Positions 36,515 to 46,010 of a DNA stretch of 64,000 nt are shown here, piece after piece. The translations under genes and the position numbers were made by a program. Below the pieces are notes generated by a model. It was not told the DNA's origin and made no database searches. It worked only from the letters and a program-made list of their open reading frames with translations. The DNA is from a virus, in UHGV virus genome UHGV-0277313. One strand, given 5' to 3'. Numbering within the stretch: position 1 is the stretch's first letter; every line of letters begins with the position of its first letter.

Positions 36515-38479
36515 TCAACCTATTCTCGATTCACCCATTTTTTTAATCAACATTTTAAATTGTTCTTCATTTATTTCTGGAATTCCTTCGTTTTCTAGAT
36601 GTTGTTTCCTTTCTCTAGTCCAAGACTCAAGATATGGATGTCCTTTGTCATTAAAATCTACAAACACTGAACAGTTCAATCCTTTATCTTTTCTTCTGGT
36701 TACGCGGCCGATTCTTTGAACATGTGAAATAATATTTTTTCCAGCATCCATCAAGATACCAACATCAAATTCAGGAACATCAATACCTTCATTAAAAACA
36801 ACGTTTCCAACAATTACACGATATCCTTCTTCACGAATTGCCTTTTTAATTGTTTCAGCATTTCCCTTGCGTTCGACAACAACATGTTGAACAATACCTT
36901 TTTTTGTTTTTTCAGTCGCGTCAATAGCTTCATAAATCGTATTACCACCACACATAAATAAAGCTTTAATTCCTTTATCCTTCATTTCACGTACTATTGC
37001 TTTTCCATGTTCAATACGATTAACCATAACCAAAATTTTTAAATTATTCTTGTAACAAAATTCAATACAACGATATGCTGCTTCATTCCTATTAAAACTT
37101 TCTGCAACATATTTCTTATATACATCTGTGCAAGATTTACAAAACACAAATGATTTTGGTGCATAATTAATATAATATGAATAAACTAAAGACGAATATC
37201 CTTTATCACGAAGATACTTTGATGAAATATAATAAAACGAATTACCAAACAACGCTTTTAAAACAATATCATCAACACATTGCCCACCTTCTTTAAAAGG
37301 CGATGCTGTAAACCCAATTAAATATTCAGGATTCGCAACCATTGCGGGTATTGCAATGCTCTGACAGCTGCCGTGATGACATTCATCAACTATAATAGCT
37401 CTTACACTTTTCAGATATCTCATAATTTTTGGATCGTTACGTTTCACCATATTCCAAACTAAATTATTAGTTGAAACAATAATATCTGAATTATCCAAAA
37501 CAGGGTTTCTGTTAAGATATTCAATTTTACGGTCAATACCACGAAGTTTAGCACGACCTTCAATTTGATTTAAAATATTTGTTCGATTATTAATAACTAA
37601 AATTTTCCCATCAATTAATTTAAACAAAGATGCAATGATTTCAGTTTTACCAGAATTATGTACAATCACACCGTTGCTTAATGCAAAATTATGCAAATCA
37701 CAATCAACCTCAATATCATATACAGGAATAGGGTCTACATAATGTTCAGCAAATACTTGCTCAACAACACGACTCCCATAAACACCAGCTACAGGTGATT
37801 CAGCTAAAAGATTGATAGCTTCTACATATTTTCCATTACTTAAAAGGAAAAGATGATCGGGCGTGCATTCAACTTTAACACCATCATTAAATTTAATCTT
37901 CAATGTATCTTTAACATATTTTGACAAATGTGCCGAAACAATTGAATGAAACTTTCCATCTGAACAAAAAACAGACTTTCCATTAAAATTCATACTTAAT
38001 GAACTTAAAGTTTCAAAACCAGTATTTGTTAAAATTAAAGTATCGCCAACAAAACAACCTGTCGCAGCTTCACAGATACCATGTTTATTAATCAAACATT
38101 TTAAAGTACCAATCAATTGATGTTCACGTACTTCAAAACCAGGTGAAGCTAGTGCCATTTCATTATACGCTTGCCTAACCTTTTGCATTGTTGACTTTAC
38201 ATCAATATCAATTACTTTACGCTGATCGATTACAGTTTCAAAATGAAAATACGGTAAAATCAAATCATCAACACAACCTGATTGTACATATAAAGAAGTT
38301 TTTGTATTTTCAACTTCCATATACAATGTAATCAAACTCTGCCCATCAGCTGACAGTAATGTCAAACGTTTTTTTATACGGTTAATAAAATCAGCATCTT
38401 CATCTGAAATTAAAGACCACATCGATTTCGTAATCGTTAACATTTTATTTCTCTCAATTAGACTGTGTTTGAAAAACAA
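36515..38479 (-). CDS. SF2 (DEAD/DEAH-like) DNA helicase with a mini-intein inside the Walker A motif
   Basis: Extein ...KHGICEAATG / SGKTEIIASL (AxxGSGKT); DECHH motif II; helicase C-terminal motifs (TASPFKEGG, HRIGRVTRR). Confidence 0.7.
   Translation of the reverse strand: MFFKHSLIERNKMLTITKSMWSLISDEDADFINRIKKRLTLLSADGQSLITLYMEVENTKTSLYVQSGCVDDLILPYFHFETVIDQRKVIDIDVKSTMQKVRQAYNEMALASPGFEVREHQLIGTLKCLINKHGICEAATGCFVGDTLILTNTGFETLSSLSMNFNGKSVFCSDGKFHSIVSAHLSKYVKDTLKIKFNDGVKVECTPDHLFLLSNGKYVEAINLLAESPVAGVYGSRVVEQVFAEHYVDPIPVYDIEVDCDLHNFALSNGVIVHNSGKTEIIASLFKLIDGKILVINNRTNILNQIEGRAKLRGIDRKIEYLNRNPVLDNSDIIVSTNNLVWNMVKRNDPKIMRYLKSVRAIIVDECHHGSCQSIAIPAMVANPEYLIGFTASPFKEGGQCVDDIVLKALFGNSFYYISSKYLRDKGYSSLVYSYYINYAPKSFVFCKSCTDVYKKYVAESFNRNEAAYRCIEFCYKNNLKILVMVNRIEHGKAIVREMKDKGIKALFMCGGNTIYEAIDATEKTKKGIVQHVVVERKGNAETIKKAIREEGYRVIVGNVVFNEGIDVPEFDVGILMDAGKNIISHVQRIGRVTRRKDKGLNCSVFVDFNDKGHPYLESWTRERKQHLENEGIPEINEEQFKMLIKKMGESRIG
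37655..38056 (-). mobile_element. mini-intein (134 aa) in SF2 helicase P-loop
   Basis: CFVGDTLIL...VECTPDHLF...VYDIEVDCDLHNFALSNGVIVHN then +1 Ser. Confidence 0.75.
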
Positions 38480-38559
38480 CGTACCACATCTAATGCTATA
38501 TTGTCAATACAAAATGCAATAAATATTATAATTTATACATCATTTTTCAATAAAATAAC

Positions 38560-39873
38560 TCACTTATCTAAACTATTATAAATTTTATATAAATTTACCA
38601 TAGATTTAGATGACTTGAGTCTAAAAACTTCAGAATCAAAAGATTCTAAAGAACGTCTATATTTCACTTTAGATGTTTTTGTTATATCAAACAGTTCTTT
38701 CCAATTCTTATAAACCCAGCTTGATGATTCCTTCCATAGGTTGAACAAACTGGTTTTGTCTATAAGCTCTGGATAGAACTGACCTTTGATATATTTGAAC
38801 ATTGCTCTACGGGCAATTTCCAAACTTGCTGCTATTGGATCTGGTGCTTCATTACATATGTTTCCAATGAATGAAGAATAAACAGGGTTGACTTCGACGA
38901 AGTCTATTTTGTTTAGAAGAAAGTGCTTTCTTAAAGCAGAAACCAGTGCTTCATGTTTCCATTTATTCTTCGTTAATCTATTGAATGATTTACCTTTTCC
39001 TGTATTCCCAGTTTTGAAAGACAAATCTTCAATGCCAAATTTACCAACTTTATAATACTTACATTTCTGGATGATATCTTTAGCTATCTCTTTAAGCTCA
39101 AAGATTTGTTTGTTATTCTGGTGTTTACTTTTAGCATCATTTGAAGATTTGTGTAAGTTCTTTGTGAAATATGACAAATCATACTGCTCTTCAAGCAAAA
39201 TCTTTCTCTTATCACCAGTCCATTTAGAAATAGAAAATCCAATATAGTTTGGATTCATATCTATAGCACCAACTATATTTGGATTTCCAACATAATTGGA
39301 ACAATAGATTTTGGAATCATCAAAGGTTATGCAGATTCTATCCAACTTTAATTCAACACTAAAGTTAGATAACTTCTGCTTACATTGTTCTTCAAGGTTG
39401 ATTAATTCATATAAATAATTCTTATGTAAAATAGGCAATTTCAAGTTGATATGTTTTGATTTAGAAAACTTAAAGATTATCTGGTTATTCGAAATATCCA
39501 ACTGGAATTTACGGTTTCCGCCTTTTGACGTTTCACCTTGTGAATAACCCCCTAAAAGCCTATTTTCTTTGAAAATATCTTTATCTAACTTATGTTTTAA
39601 TCTTTGATAAAAAGAAAATTTGCCACCGAAAATAACCTTTTCTTTATTGGTTAAAAATATGTAATTTGCTTTCTTAATAGCACACTGAATAAACCAAGAA
39701 TCCGAAGGTACATTTGATAAACTTTTAGAAAGTAATCTAATGTCTTTTTCAGATTTGGAATCTTTATATCTGTTGAAAGCATATCTTACCATATTAGACG
39801 ACTTCCGAATTTCATCTTTGATGAAGCTTCGGTCGTCATCTGAACATGTATATGGTAAGTTAATCGTTTTCAA
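38560..39873 (-). CDS. TnpB/OrfB-like RuvC-fold nuclease lacking the zinc finger (paralog 1)
   Basis: RuvC-I AIDMNPNYIGFS, RuvC-II FGIEDLSFK, VEVNPVYSSFIGN (cf. TnpB VDPRYTSQ) and RuvC-III-like NEAPDPIAASLEIARRA (cf. DRDVNAAINIARRG); no CxxC pairs between II and III. Confidence 0.6.
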   Translation of the reverse strand: MKTINLPYTCSDDDRSFIKDEIRKSSNMVRYAFNRYKDSKSEKDIRLLSKSLSNVPSDSWFIQCAIKKANYIFLTNKEKVIFGGKFSFYQRLKHKLDKDIFKENRLLGGYSQGETSKGGNRKFQLDISNNQIIFKFSKSKHINLKLPILHKNYLYELINLEEQCKQKLSNFSVELKLDRICITFDDSKIYCSNYVGNPNIVGAIDMNPNYIGFSISKWTGDKRKILLEEQYDLSYFTKNLHKSSNDAKSKHQNNKQIFELKEIAKDIIQKCKYYKVGKFGIEDLSFKTGNTGKGKSFNRLTKNKWKHEALVSALRKHFLLNKIDFVEVNPVYSSFIGNICNEAPDPIAASLEIARRAMFKYIKGQFYPELIDKTSLFNLWKESSSWVYKNWKELFDITKTSKVKYRRSLESFDSEVFRLKSSKSMVNLYKIYNSLDK

Positions 39874-39943
39874 ATTTAAAACCTTATCAAACTTTTTGTC
39901 TTTATTTGTTATAAATTATAAAAAATTAAAAATCAAGACTTGT

Positions 39944-40720
39944 TTAAAAAATAATATAAGCGTAATTAGATAAACCTGTTGCTTCAAACATGTATGCAGT
40001 TTCCTGTGTATCTTCCAATTTACAAACAGGTGTGTACTTAAAAGTTGTTCCTTCTCTATCACGTGTATATACAGAAATACCTTGATTCAGATACATGATG
40101 ACTTCCTGACGAGATTTAAGAAATTTCTTTTTATATTTAGGTACAGACATTACAGAAGCAATTTCTTCATTTGTAAAACCATACACTTTCATCAAATCAC
40201 CTAATGTGACAGGGCAATCTTCTTTAGGATTATTTTGTTCAAATTTAGCAATCACATTTTTTAAAGACTTCAACAATTCATTTTTTTCAGATGACAACTG
40301 AACTCTTTTTTCATCAATGATTACTTCTTTTTCTTTCTTTTTAGGCAAACTATTAAATGTTGGTTTAACTTCTTTAGCCTTTTCTGTCTTTTTGGGTTTC
40401 GACTTTTTAGTCTCAACCTTCTTAACAGCGACCTCTTTTTTCTTTTCAGGTTCATGTTTTTTAGCTTCAGCTTTTTCTTTAATAGCTTTAGCTGGGCCAT
40501 ACCCTTCAGCATATCCCCATTTAGTTAATGCAACTTTAGCAGCACGATAACGATTTGCTTCAGTTACAACAATTGAATTACCACAATCATTACACAAAAT
40601 AGTTTGAGTAATTGATTTATCTTTATTCTTTACATATTTAGCAGTGATGTTATGTTTTCCACATTTAGGACAATTACCCGCCTGAACATTCAACGCTTCA
40701 CTATCTTTTCTTTTAGCCAT
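39944..40720 (-). CDS. zinc-ribbon protein with lysine-rich (histone H1-like) linker
   Basis: CPKCGKH...CNDCGN zinc ribbon; KEKAEAKKHEPEKKKEVAVKKVETKKSKPKK repeat-like basic region. Confidence 0.45.
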   Translation of the reverse strand: MAKRKDSEALNVQAGNCPKCGKHNITAKYVKNKDKSITQTILCNDCGNSIVVTEANRYRAAKVALTKWGYAEGYGPAKAIKEKAEAKKHEPEKKKEVAVKKVETKKSKPKKTEKAKEVKPTFNSLPKKKEKEVIIDEKRVQLSSEKNELLKSLKNVIAKFEQNNPKEDCPVTLGDLMKVYGFTNEEIASVMSVPKYKKKFLKSRQEVIMYLNQGISVYTRDREGTTFKYTPVCKLEDTQETAYMFEATGLSNYAYIIF

Positions 40721-40837
40721 TTAAAAACACCTTTAAAAGTTAAATATCAAATATGCTTTATCATTACATAAATTTTGCTAAATAGCAACAGAAAAGTTCT
40801 TTATTTATTTGTTGTTGACAAAGGAATATGAAAACAA

Positions 40838-40981
40838 ATGAATGAACTTGATTTGCTGATTGAAGAATTTCAAAAAGAAATTAGAAATAAACTTGAAGAA
40901 AACAATCAAAAAACAAACTTTGCTAAATTGTTTGAAGATTTCATGATGACTATTGATAAAAAGGCGTCTAGCTTCAATTAA
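40838..40981 (+). CDS. possible small protein (47 aa)
   Basis: ATG preceded by AAAGGAA; helical charged peptide MNELDLLIEEFQKEIRNKLEENNQ...; a 61-aa antisense ORF overlaps on the minus strand. Confidence 0.2.
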   Translation: MNELDLLIEEFQKEIRNKLEENNQKTNFAKLFEDFMMTIDKKASSFN

Positions 40982-40993
40982 ATACCTCAAATA

Positions 40994-42355
40994 TTAAAAC
41001 TTATTAACATCTTGCATAAAGAAATTAACGAATCTTAAAGTTTTAGACTGAAAGACTCTTTCATCAAGAGGAAACCTATATTTAAATTTAGATTTCTTTA
41101 ACTCGGAATGAATCTGTTGCCAATTCACAAAACCAACAAAGCACTTTACTTCTTCCAACGAGTGTTTTACTTTGTCTAATAATGATTCTGTTAAATCTGG
41201 AAAGATCACATTCTTCGTTTTGGCTTTAATCTTCTGTATGTATTGAAGATTAAACTCATAGCATCTTCTACTGATTTCAATAGAAGATAACACCATGTCT
41301 GGTAATTCTAAATCTCTATAGACTAGATTACCAATAGTGGATGAATATTGTGGAGATATTTCTATAAACTTAATTCCATAAATATTGCATCTCTTTTTAA
41401 GATTATTGACTAATTTATTTCTACACCAATTATTATTTACAAGTCTATTGAAATTCTTTCCTTGTTTATTATCCTTGGACTTAATAGACAAATCCTCAAC
41501 ACCAAAACATTCGCAATGATAATGTTTTGCTATATCAACAAGAAACTTGGCTACTTTCAATGTTTCATATTGACGTTTATTGTTAAGATATTTTCTTTCC
41601 TTTGATGTTGAAGGTAATTTTAATTTCTTGAGTTTATACTCAATATCATTGATATTCTTTAATGATACTACACCTGAATTTATAGCCTTTAATTCATCAG
41701 ATGATTTCCAGTCTACGACTGACCAACCAACATAATTTGGGTTCATATCGATAGAAAATATTCTGTTTGATATTGGTTTAAATATCTTTTCTGACAATAT
41801 CATTTCATCAAATGAAATATATACAAATTTTTTATCTAATTTGTATGTGATTGGAGTATCTTTCAACTGTTGATGAATATATAATTTTTGTAATACTTTA
41901 ATTCTATTACCAACACCAATAAGTTTTAAGTGTATTCTGTTTTTAATTGTTGGACTAAAGTTGACTGAATAGCAATCTTCAGATAATCTGAAGAATCTAT
42001 TTCCCCTATAGTTTCTATCACCAATTGAACACAAAGATACTAATCTTTTTTCTTTAAATTCTTCATTTGATATGTTGTGTCTAAATCTTTGTTCGAATAG
42101 ACGTTTGCCACCAAATAAAACAGTTTCTTCTTTCTTCAACAAAAATGAAGCATCTTTTACACAAGATTGTCTGAACCATGATTTCATTAAATCAAGATTA
42201 TTGAATTGTAAATGTTTACAAGCAGTTTCAGATACGCCATCTTTTAATCTATTATAAAACAAATGAAGAAGATTATTATATTGCCTCTGATAATCAGCTA
42301 TCAACTGATTATCAGATTCTTTTTCTGCAATATACTTAATCTTCAATGTTATCAT
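40994..42355 (-). CDS. TnpB/OrfB-like RuvC-fold nuclease lacking the zinc finger (paralog 2)
   Basis: SIDMNPNYVGWS, FGVEDLSIK, IEISPQYSSTIGN, RDLELPDMVLSSIEISRRC; collinear with paralog 1. Confidence 0.6.
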   Translation of the reverse strand: MITLKIKYIAEKESDNQLIADYQRQYNNLLHLFYNRLKDGVSETACKHLQFNNLDLMKSWFRQSCVKDASFLLKKEETVLFGGKRLFEQRFRHNISNEEFKEKRLVSLCSIGDRNYRGNRFFRLSEDCYSVNFSPTIKNRIHLKLIGVGNRIKVLQKLYIHQQLKDTPITYKLDKKFVYISFDEMILSEKIFKPISNRIFSIDMNPNYVGWSVVDWKSSDELKAINSGVVSLKNINDIEYKLKKLKLPSTSKERKYLNNKRQYETLKVAKFLVDIAKHYHCECFGVEDLSIKSKDNKQGKNFNRLVNNNWCRNKLVNNLKKRCNIYGIKFIEISPQYSSTIGNLVYRDLELPDMVLSSIEISRRCYEFNLQYIQKIKAKTKNVIFPDLTESLLDKVKHSLEEVKCFVGFVNWQQIHSELKKSKFKYRFPLDERVFQSKTLRFVNFFMQDVNKF

Positions 42356-42425
42356 TAAATAATTCCTTAACTTACCTATTATTCTACATTATCATCTTTT
42401 TAAGAAAAATACAAGAAAGATTTAT

Positions 42426-42635
42426 ATGATCTTATACAAAATTCCTTTTACCAACAAAGCTTCATATGAAACAATTTCAAAAGTGTTTGATGATAAAGAA
42501 AATAGCAACAGGTTTTTACAACCAACATGTGAACATATTGAAGATTTCTTAAAAGATGAAGGTGTTGAAGGCCTTGATGCTGATTCTCAACAAATATGTA
42601 TTGGCTGGGAATTTAAACTAGAAGATATTTTGTAA
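42426..42635 (+). CDS. small hypothetical protein (69 aa)
   Basis: + strand ORF with AAGAAAGA RBS-like purine run; followed immediately by strong terminator. Confidence 0.35.
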   Translation: MILYKIPFTNKASYETISKVFDDKENSNRFLQPTCEHIEDFLKDEGVEGLDADSQQICIGWEFKLEDIL

Positions 42636-42640
42636 ACAAT

Positions 42641-42670
42641 AAAGGCGGGAATTGAACCCGCCTTTTCTTT
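42641..42670. terminator. bidirectional rho-independent terminator
   Basis: AAAGGCGGG-aattgaa-CCCGCCTTTTCTTTT between converging ORFs. Confidence 0.75.
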
Positions 42671-43056
42671 TAATCGTTACGCCCCAAATCAGAATCAATA
42701 CCCATTGCTTCAAGGGTTCGCATTTCTTCTTTTTTACGTAAATACTCTTCAGTCAACTTTTGTTGTGCCTGTTCCCATTCTTCACGAGCTGTTGCTGAAG
42801 TTTTCCATTCTTCCGCTGAACATGTATAAAAGGCTTGTGGATGTGGTTTATCAAGTGTGTATTCAACAGGGAATACCATTTGACCGCGTTCTTCATCCCA
42901 CATAGCGGCTGGCATTAAATTACACATACAGCCTGGAACTGACAAGATTTCGTCAACAGATTGAAAATCGGCTGTTTTCAATCCCATTTCAACATACGTC
43001 CCATCTTTTTGACGAATCTTTGATTTACCTTTTTCTTCTTTTAGTTCAATAGACAT
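42670..43056 (-). CDS. hypothetical protein
   Basis: 128-aa ORF. Confidence 0.45.
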   Translation of the reverse strand: MSIELKEEKGKSKIRQKDGTYVEMGLKTADFQSVDEILSVPGCMCNLMPAAMWDEERGQMVFPVEYTLDKPHPQAFYTCSAEEWKTSATAREEWEQAQQKLTEEYLRKKEEMRTLEAMGIDSDLGRND

Positions 43057-43080
43057 TTAGATCCACTTTCATTCTAGAGT

Positions 43081-44118
43081 TTAAGACAATTGTTCAATGA
43101 TTTTATCAACAGTAATTTCTTTCATTTCTTCATCAGAAGGAACGTCTTCCAACAAGGAACAATAATCAGAAAGATATTGTTTTAAATCACAATTTAATTC
43201 CTTGATATGTTTAGGTTCAGTTTTTAAAGCTAATTCATAACACAACGGAATCATTTTTAAAGGCAATCCTAAACAATAACTATTAATAAAATTTTCTATA
43301 CGTTTAACATGTTGAAATCCGTTAAATTCAAATTTTGTATATCTAGTTACTCCACTTTTAAGTTCCAATAAAGCAAACATTTTAGGTGACTTGCTAGGTA
43401 ATATATTAAACATGTTATTCTTTAATAAATCATGTTTACTCATGAACTTCAGCAGATAATTCATATACGATATTTTACCACCACGCGGAAGATTCTTTCC
43501 TTCAGTCCATAAACGATACCATATACGAATGCAAGGCAAATCTTGTTTACCTGTTTCTGAAATAACATCAGTTTTCCAATTTACACGTTTATTTGAATAT
43601 AATAAACCATCAATTAAATTGACTTGTTTTCTTTCAGACAACGCAGGGCCGTCATAATACAATTTAACCTTCCTAATAATTTCAGGCATTTCAGTTTTAT
43701 CAACTTGCTGATCCGCGCTTCTTTTTGCCGTATAACGAACACGAACAGGTTTGCGAATATCAATTAAAGGCAAACCTTCTCTTTCCAAAACTTTATTCGC
43801 TTCTGGAATTAAATCATAGGCTGTATAGCTTTTACCTTTATATAAATAATGTCTATATCCGTTTGGTGTTATCTTGTTATATAATAGATTTAAAACAAAT
43901 CTAAAAGTATCGCTCGTTTCCCAATCAAGAATTTCATCTTTTACACAAAAGAAATCCATATAAAAATTATACAATTGAGAATTATTACCACGCTGATATT
44001 CAATCTGCATAGGCTTTAAATCATACTTTACAGCTAAATCTGAAATAGGGATACCAAAGGCTAATTCCTTTAATAACTGATCCCTTAAATCATCAGTTAA
44101 TAGAGATGCTTTAGGCAT
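43081..44118 (-). CDS. hypothetical protein with possible N-terminal HTH
   Basis: 345-aa ORF. Confidence 0.5.
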   Translation of the reverse strand: MPKASLLTDDLRDQLLKELAFGIPISDLAVKYDLKPMQIEYQRGNNSQLYNFYMDFFCVKDEILDWETSDTFRFVLNLLYNKITPNGYRHYLYKGKSYTAYDLIPEANKVLEREGLPLIDIRKPVRVRYTAKRSADQQVDKTEMPEIIRKVKLYYDGPALSERKQVNLIDGLLYSNKRVNWKTDVISETGKQDLPCIRIWYRLWTEGKNLPRGGKISYMNYLLKFMSKHDLLKNNMFNILPSKSPKMFALLELKSGVTRYTKFEFNGFQHVKRIENFINSYCLGLPLKMIPLCYELALKTEPKHIKELNCDLKQYLSDYCSLLEDVPSDEEMKEITVDKIIEQLS

Positions 44119-44199
44119 GAAATAGAACTCATCATTAGATCAATTAGGATTTACAATTACCTAAAGAACAATTACGAATTCATCTTAAAGAAATTAATT

Positions 44200-45525
44200 C
44201 TACAATTTTGCCTTAAAGACGGCATCTTTTATTTTATTATAAATAGATTGAAATTGTTCAACAATCCCCATAGTATGATTTAATTGTTTGTTGCTTGTTC
44301 GACCAAACATAATATATTGAACGGCATCTTTAAAGGCACCTGAACGATAATGAATATTCTTGCACCACATCTTAAAATTCTGTGTAACAACATGAATTAC
44401 AGTTGAATATTTATAATTCGTACTCAAAGCAATTTTAGTAATGTTTTCATATAGATATCTTAAATCTGCAACAATAACATCATCTAAAACATCACCATCA
44501 AAACGAAAACCTAATAATTGGCAATTTTCTAGAAATTCATTGAATGTACGCATACAAGTAAAGTTATGTATATTTGGATGTGCATCAACGAAATTTTGAA
44601 TTGTCGGATCTAATCCTTCTGTAACAAATTCAACAGGAATCGTTCTTTTCTGGCCACCAATTAATAAATTTTTCTTCAGTCTTTTGTGCTCTTTTAAAGT
44701 ACGTTGCATTGCAACCTTTTCCAAACGTTTACTATGTTTTGTAAACAATTTGGCAATATTCACATCAGGAATCAATAATGAAGGAACATAATTCGCTTCA
44801 TCAAATGTTTCAGGCTCACCTTCACATGTTTTAATACCCAACCCTTTACGAGTACCATCACCATGTGTTTTACAAAAATAGTGATATGCCACTAAAACAT
44901 TGATAATATTACCCCATTCTAATGAACCAAAACCAAATTCCTTATCGTCAAACCAACCATTTTGTGTTTGAATTGCCATGATGTCATAATCAATTGCATC
45001 TAATCTGGCAAGAATAATAGCTAAAGCGCAATCATGTGTATGAAAATCTTGCACCTTAACTAGTTTTTTATGTACAAATTCTTTTAATTCCAAAAAGACA
45101 TGATTCACTAAATTTGGGTTTTTAGCTAATATATCAATTGCATCTTCAGGTTTATATCTATTCAATGCTTCAATATCATATTGAACAACATTACCTTTAA
45201 TTACCTTACTTTTTTGTACTTTATATGTGCCAAATTGATCCGCCAGTTTTTTAAATACACTTCTCTTATTTTTAATTTTTCCACCACGATCAATACACCA
45301 ATCCATATTGGCAATCTTCATCTTTTCTGGTGCATAATATTGTAAAAATGTCGGGGTGAACCAACCGTAATGACTAGACATCGGCAACCCTGATTTAACA
45401 TACTTCTTCGTGAACTGACGGCCACCTAATTTGTTCATAGTTGTTACTGCAATTTTAGACAAGTCTTTTTTCTTATAAAAGACTATTTCTTCACGTAACT
45501 TTTTTAGAACATTAATAGGTAACAA
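44200..45525 (-). CDS. hypothetical protein (441 aa), first gene of minus-strand block, adjacent to origin-like region
   Basis: Long ORF; no motif recognised. Confidence 0.5.
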   Translation of the reverse strand: MLPINVLKKLREEIVFYKKKDLSKIAVTTMNKLGGRQFTKKYVKSGLPMSSHYGWFTPTFLQYYAPEKMKIANMDWCIDRGGKIKNKRSVFKKLADQFGTYKVQKSKVIKGNVVQYDIEALNRYKPEDAIDILAKNPNLVNHVFLELKEFVHKKLVKVQDFHTHDCALAIILARLDAIDYDIMAIQTQNGWFDDKEFGFGSLEWGNIINVLVAYHYFCKTHGDGTRKGLGIKTCEGEPETFDEANYVPSLLIPDVNIAKLFTKHSKRLEKVAMQRTLKEHKRLKKNLLIGGQKRTIPVEFVTEGLDPTIQNFVDAHPNIHNFTCMRTFNEFLENCQLLGFRFDGDVLDDVIVADLRYLYENITKIALSTNYKYSTVIHVVTQNFKMWCKNIHYRSGAFKDAVQYIMFGRTSNKQLNHTMGIVEQFQSIYNKIKDAVFKAKL

Positions 45526-45619
45526 TGTAGACCAACCTGTTTATCTAGATTTTTATCATAGAACACACTATAGTCTTGTTAAAAAACTTTGTCAACGATC
45601 TTTTTAAAAAAAATCAAAT

Positions 45620-45860
45620 CCTCTACTATATATACTCTTTTATTATATATATATATAAAGATCTGATCATCAAAGTGAATTTCATATCAGAGAAGTGAAC
45701 ATAGATAATATATTTAGATCAGATCAGATCTTTAAGATCATAGAAGAAAAAATAAAAAATCATATGATCACAAAATCAGATCTTATTAAAAAATAAAATG
45801 ATAGAAATATCATTAACTTGAAAAGATCTAAAGATGAATAAAGATTTTAAGATCTCTATA
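45620..45860. promoter_or_regulatory. origin-like element: (TA)n unwinding-type tract followed by a cluster of ten GATC sites in AAGATCW heptamers
   Basis: tattatatatatatataa then agatctgatcat ... tagatcagatcagatctttaagatcat ... atgatcac ... atcagatctt ... aagatcta ... aagatctc read directly; located at divergent strand-switch. Confidence 0.5.
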
Positions 45861-45892
45861 TTTTTAAATACTTAAGATATTAACATTTCATA

Positions 45893-46010
45893 GGGACTTC
45901 GTTCGCTTCGCTTCGCAGGGCTACGCTCACTTCGTCCCTGATTTGTTTCTTTCTTGTATTGTCCTGGGACCCGCCCCTGTTCACTACGTTCACAGAGCCG
46001 ACCCAACCTA
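45893..46010. other. GC-rich (about 58% GC) 120-bp island with CTTCG/TTCAC short repeats in AT-rich intergenic region; possible structured RNA or DNA-protein site
   Basis: gggacttcgttcgcttcgcttcgcagggctacgctcacttcgtccc...gtcctgggacccgcccctgttcactacgttcacagagccgacccaacc; GGGAC/GTCCC pairing possible; not a tRNA cloverleaf by inspection. Confidence 0.35.

Noticed and set aside
40317-40550. ORFs 40317..40550(+) and 40321..40512(-) inside the lysine-rich linker
   Set aside because: Artifacts of the repetitive AAG/AAA-rich sequence; they overlap a better-supported gene.
40805-40990. 61-aa minus-strand ORF between the Zn-ribbon gene and TnpB-like paralog 2
   Set aside because: Phenylalanine-rich junk translation; the opposite strand has a more protein-like 47-aa ORF with an RBS (listed at low confidence).
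45893-46010. tRNA or tmRNA in the GC-rich island
   Set aside because: Tried to thread a cloverleaf on both strands by eye: no 7-bp acceptor stem or T-loop (GTTCRANYC) found. Kept as a generic structured-element finding instead.
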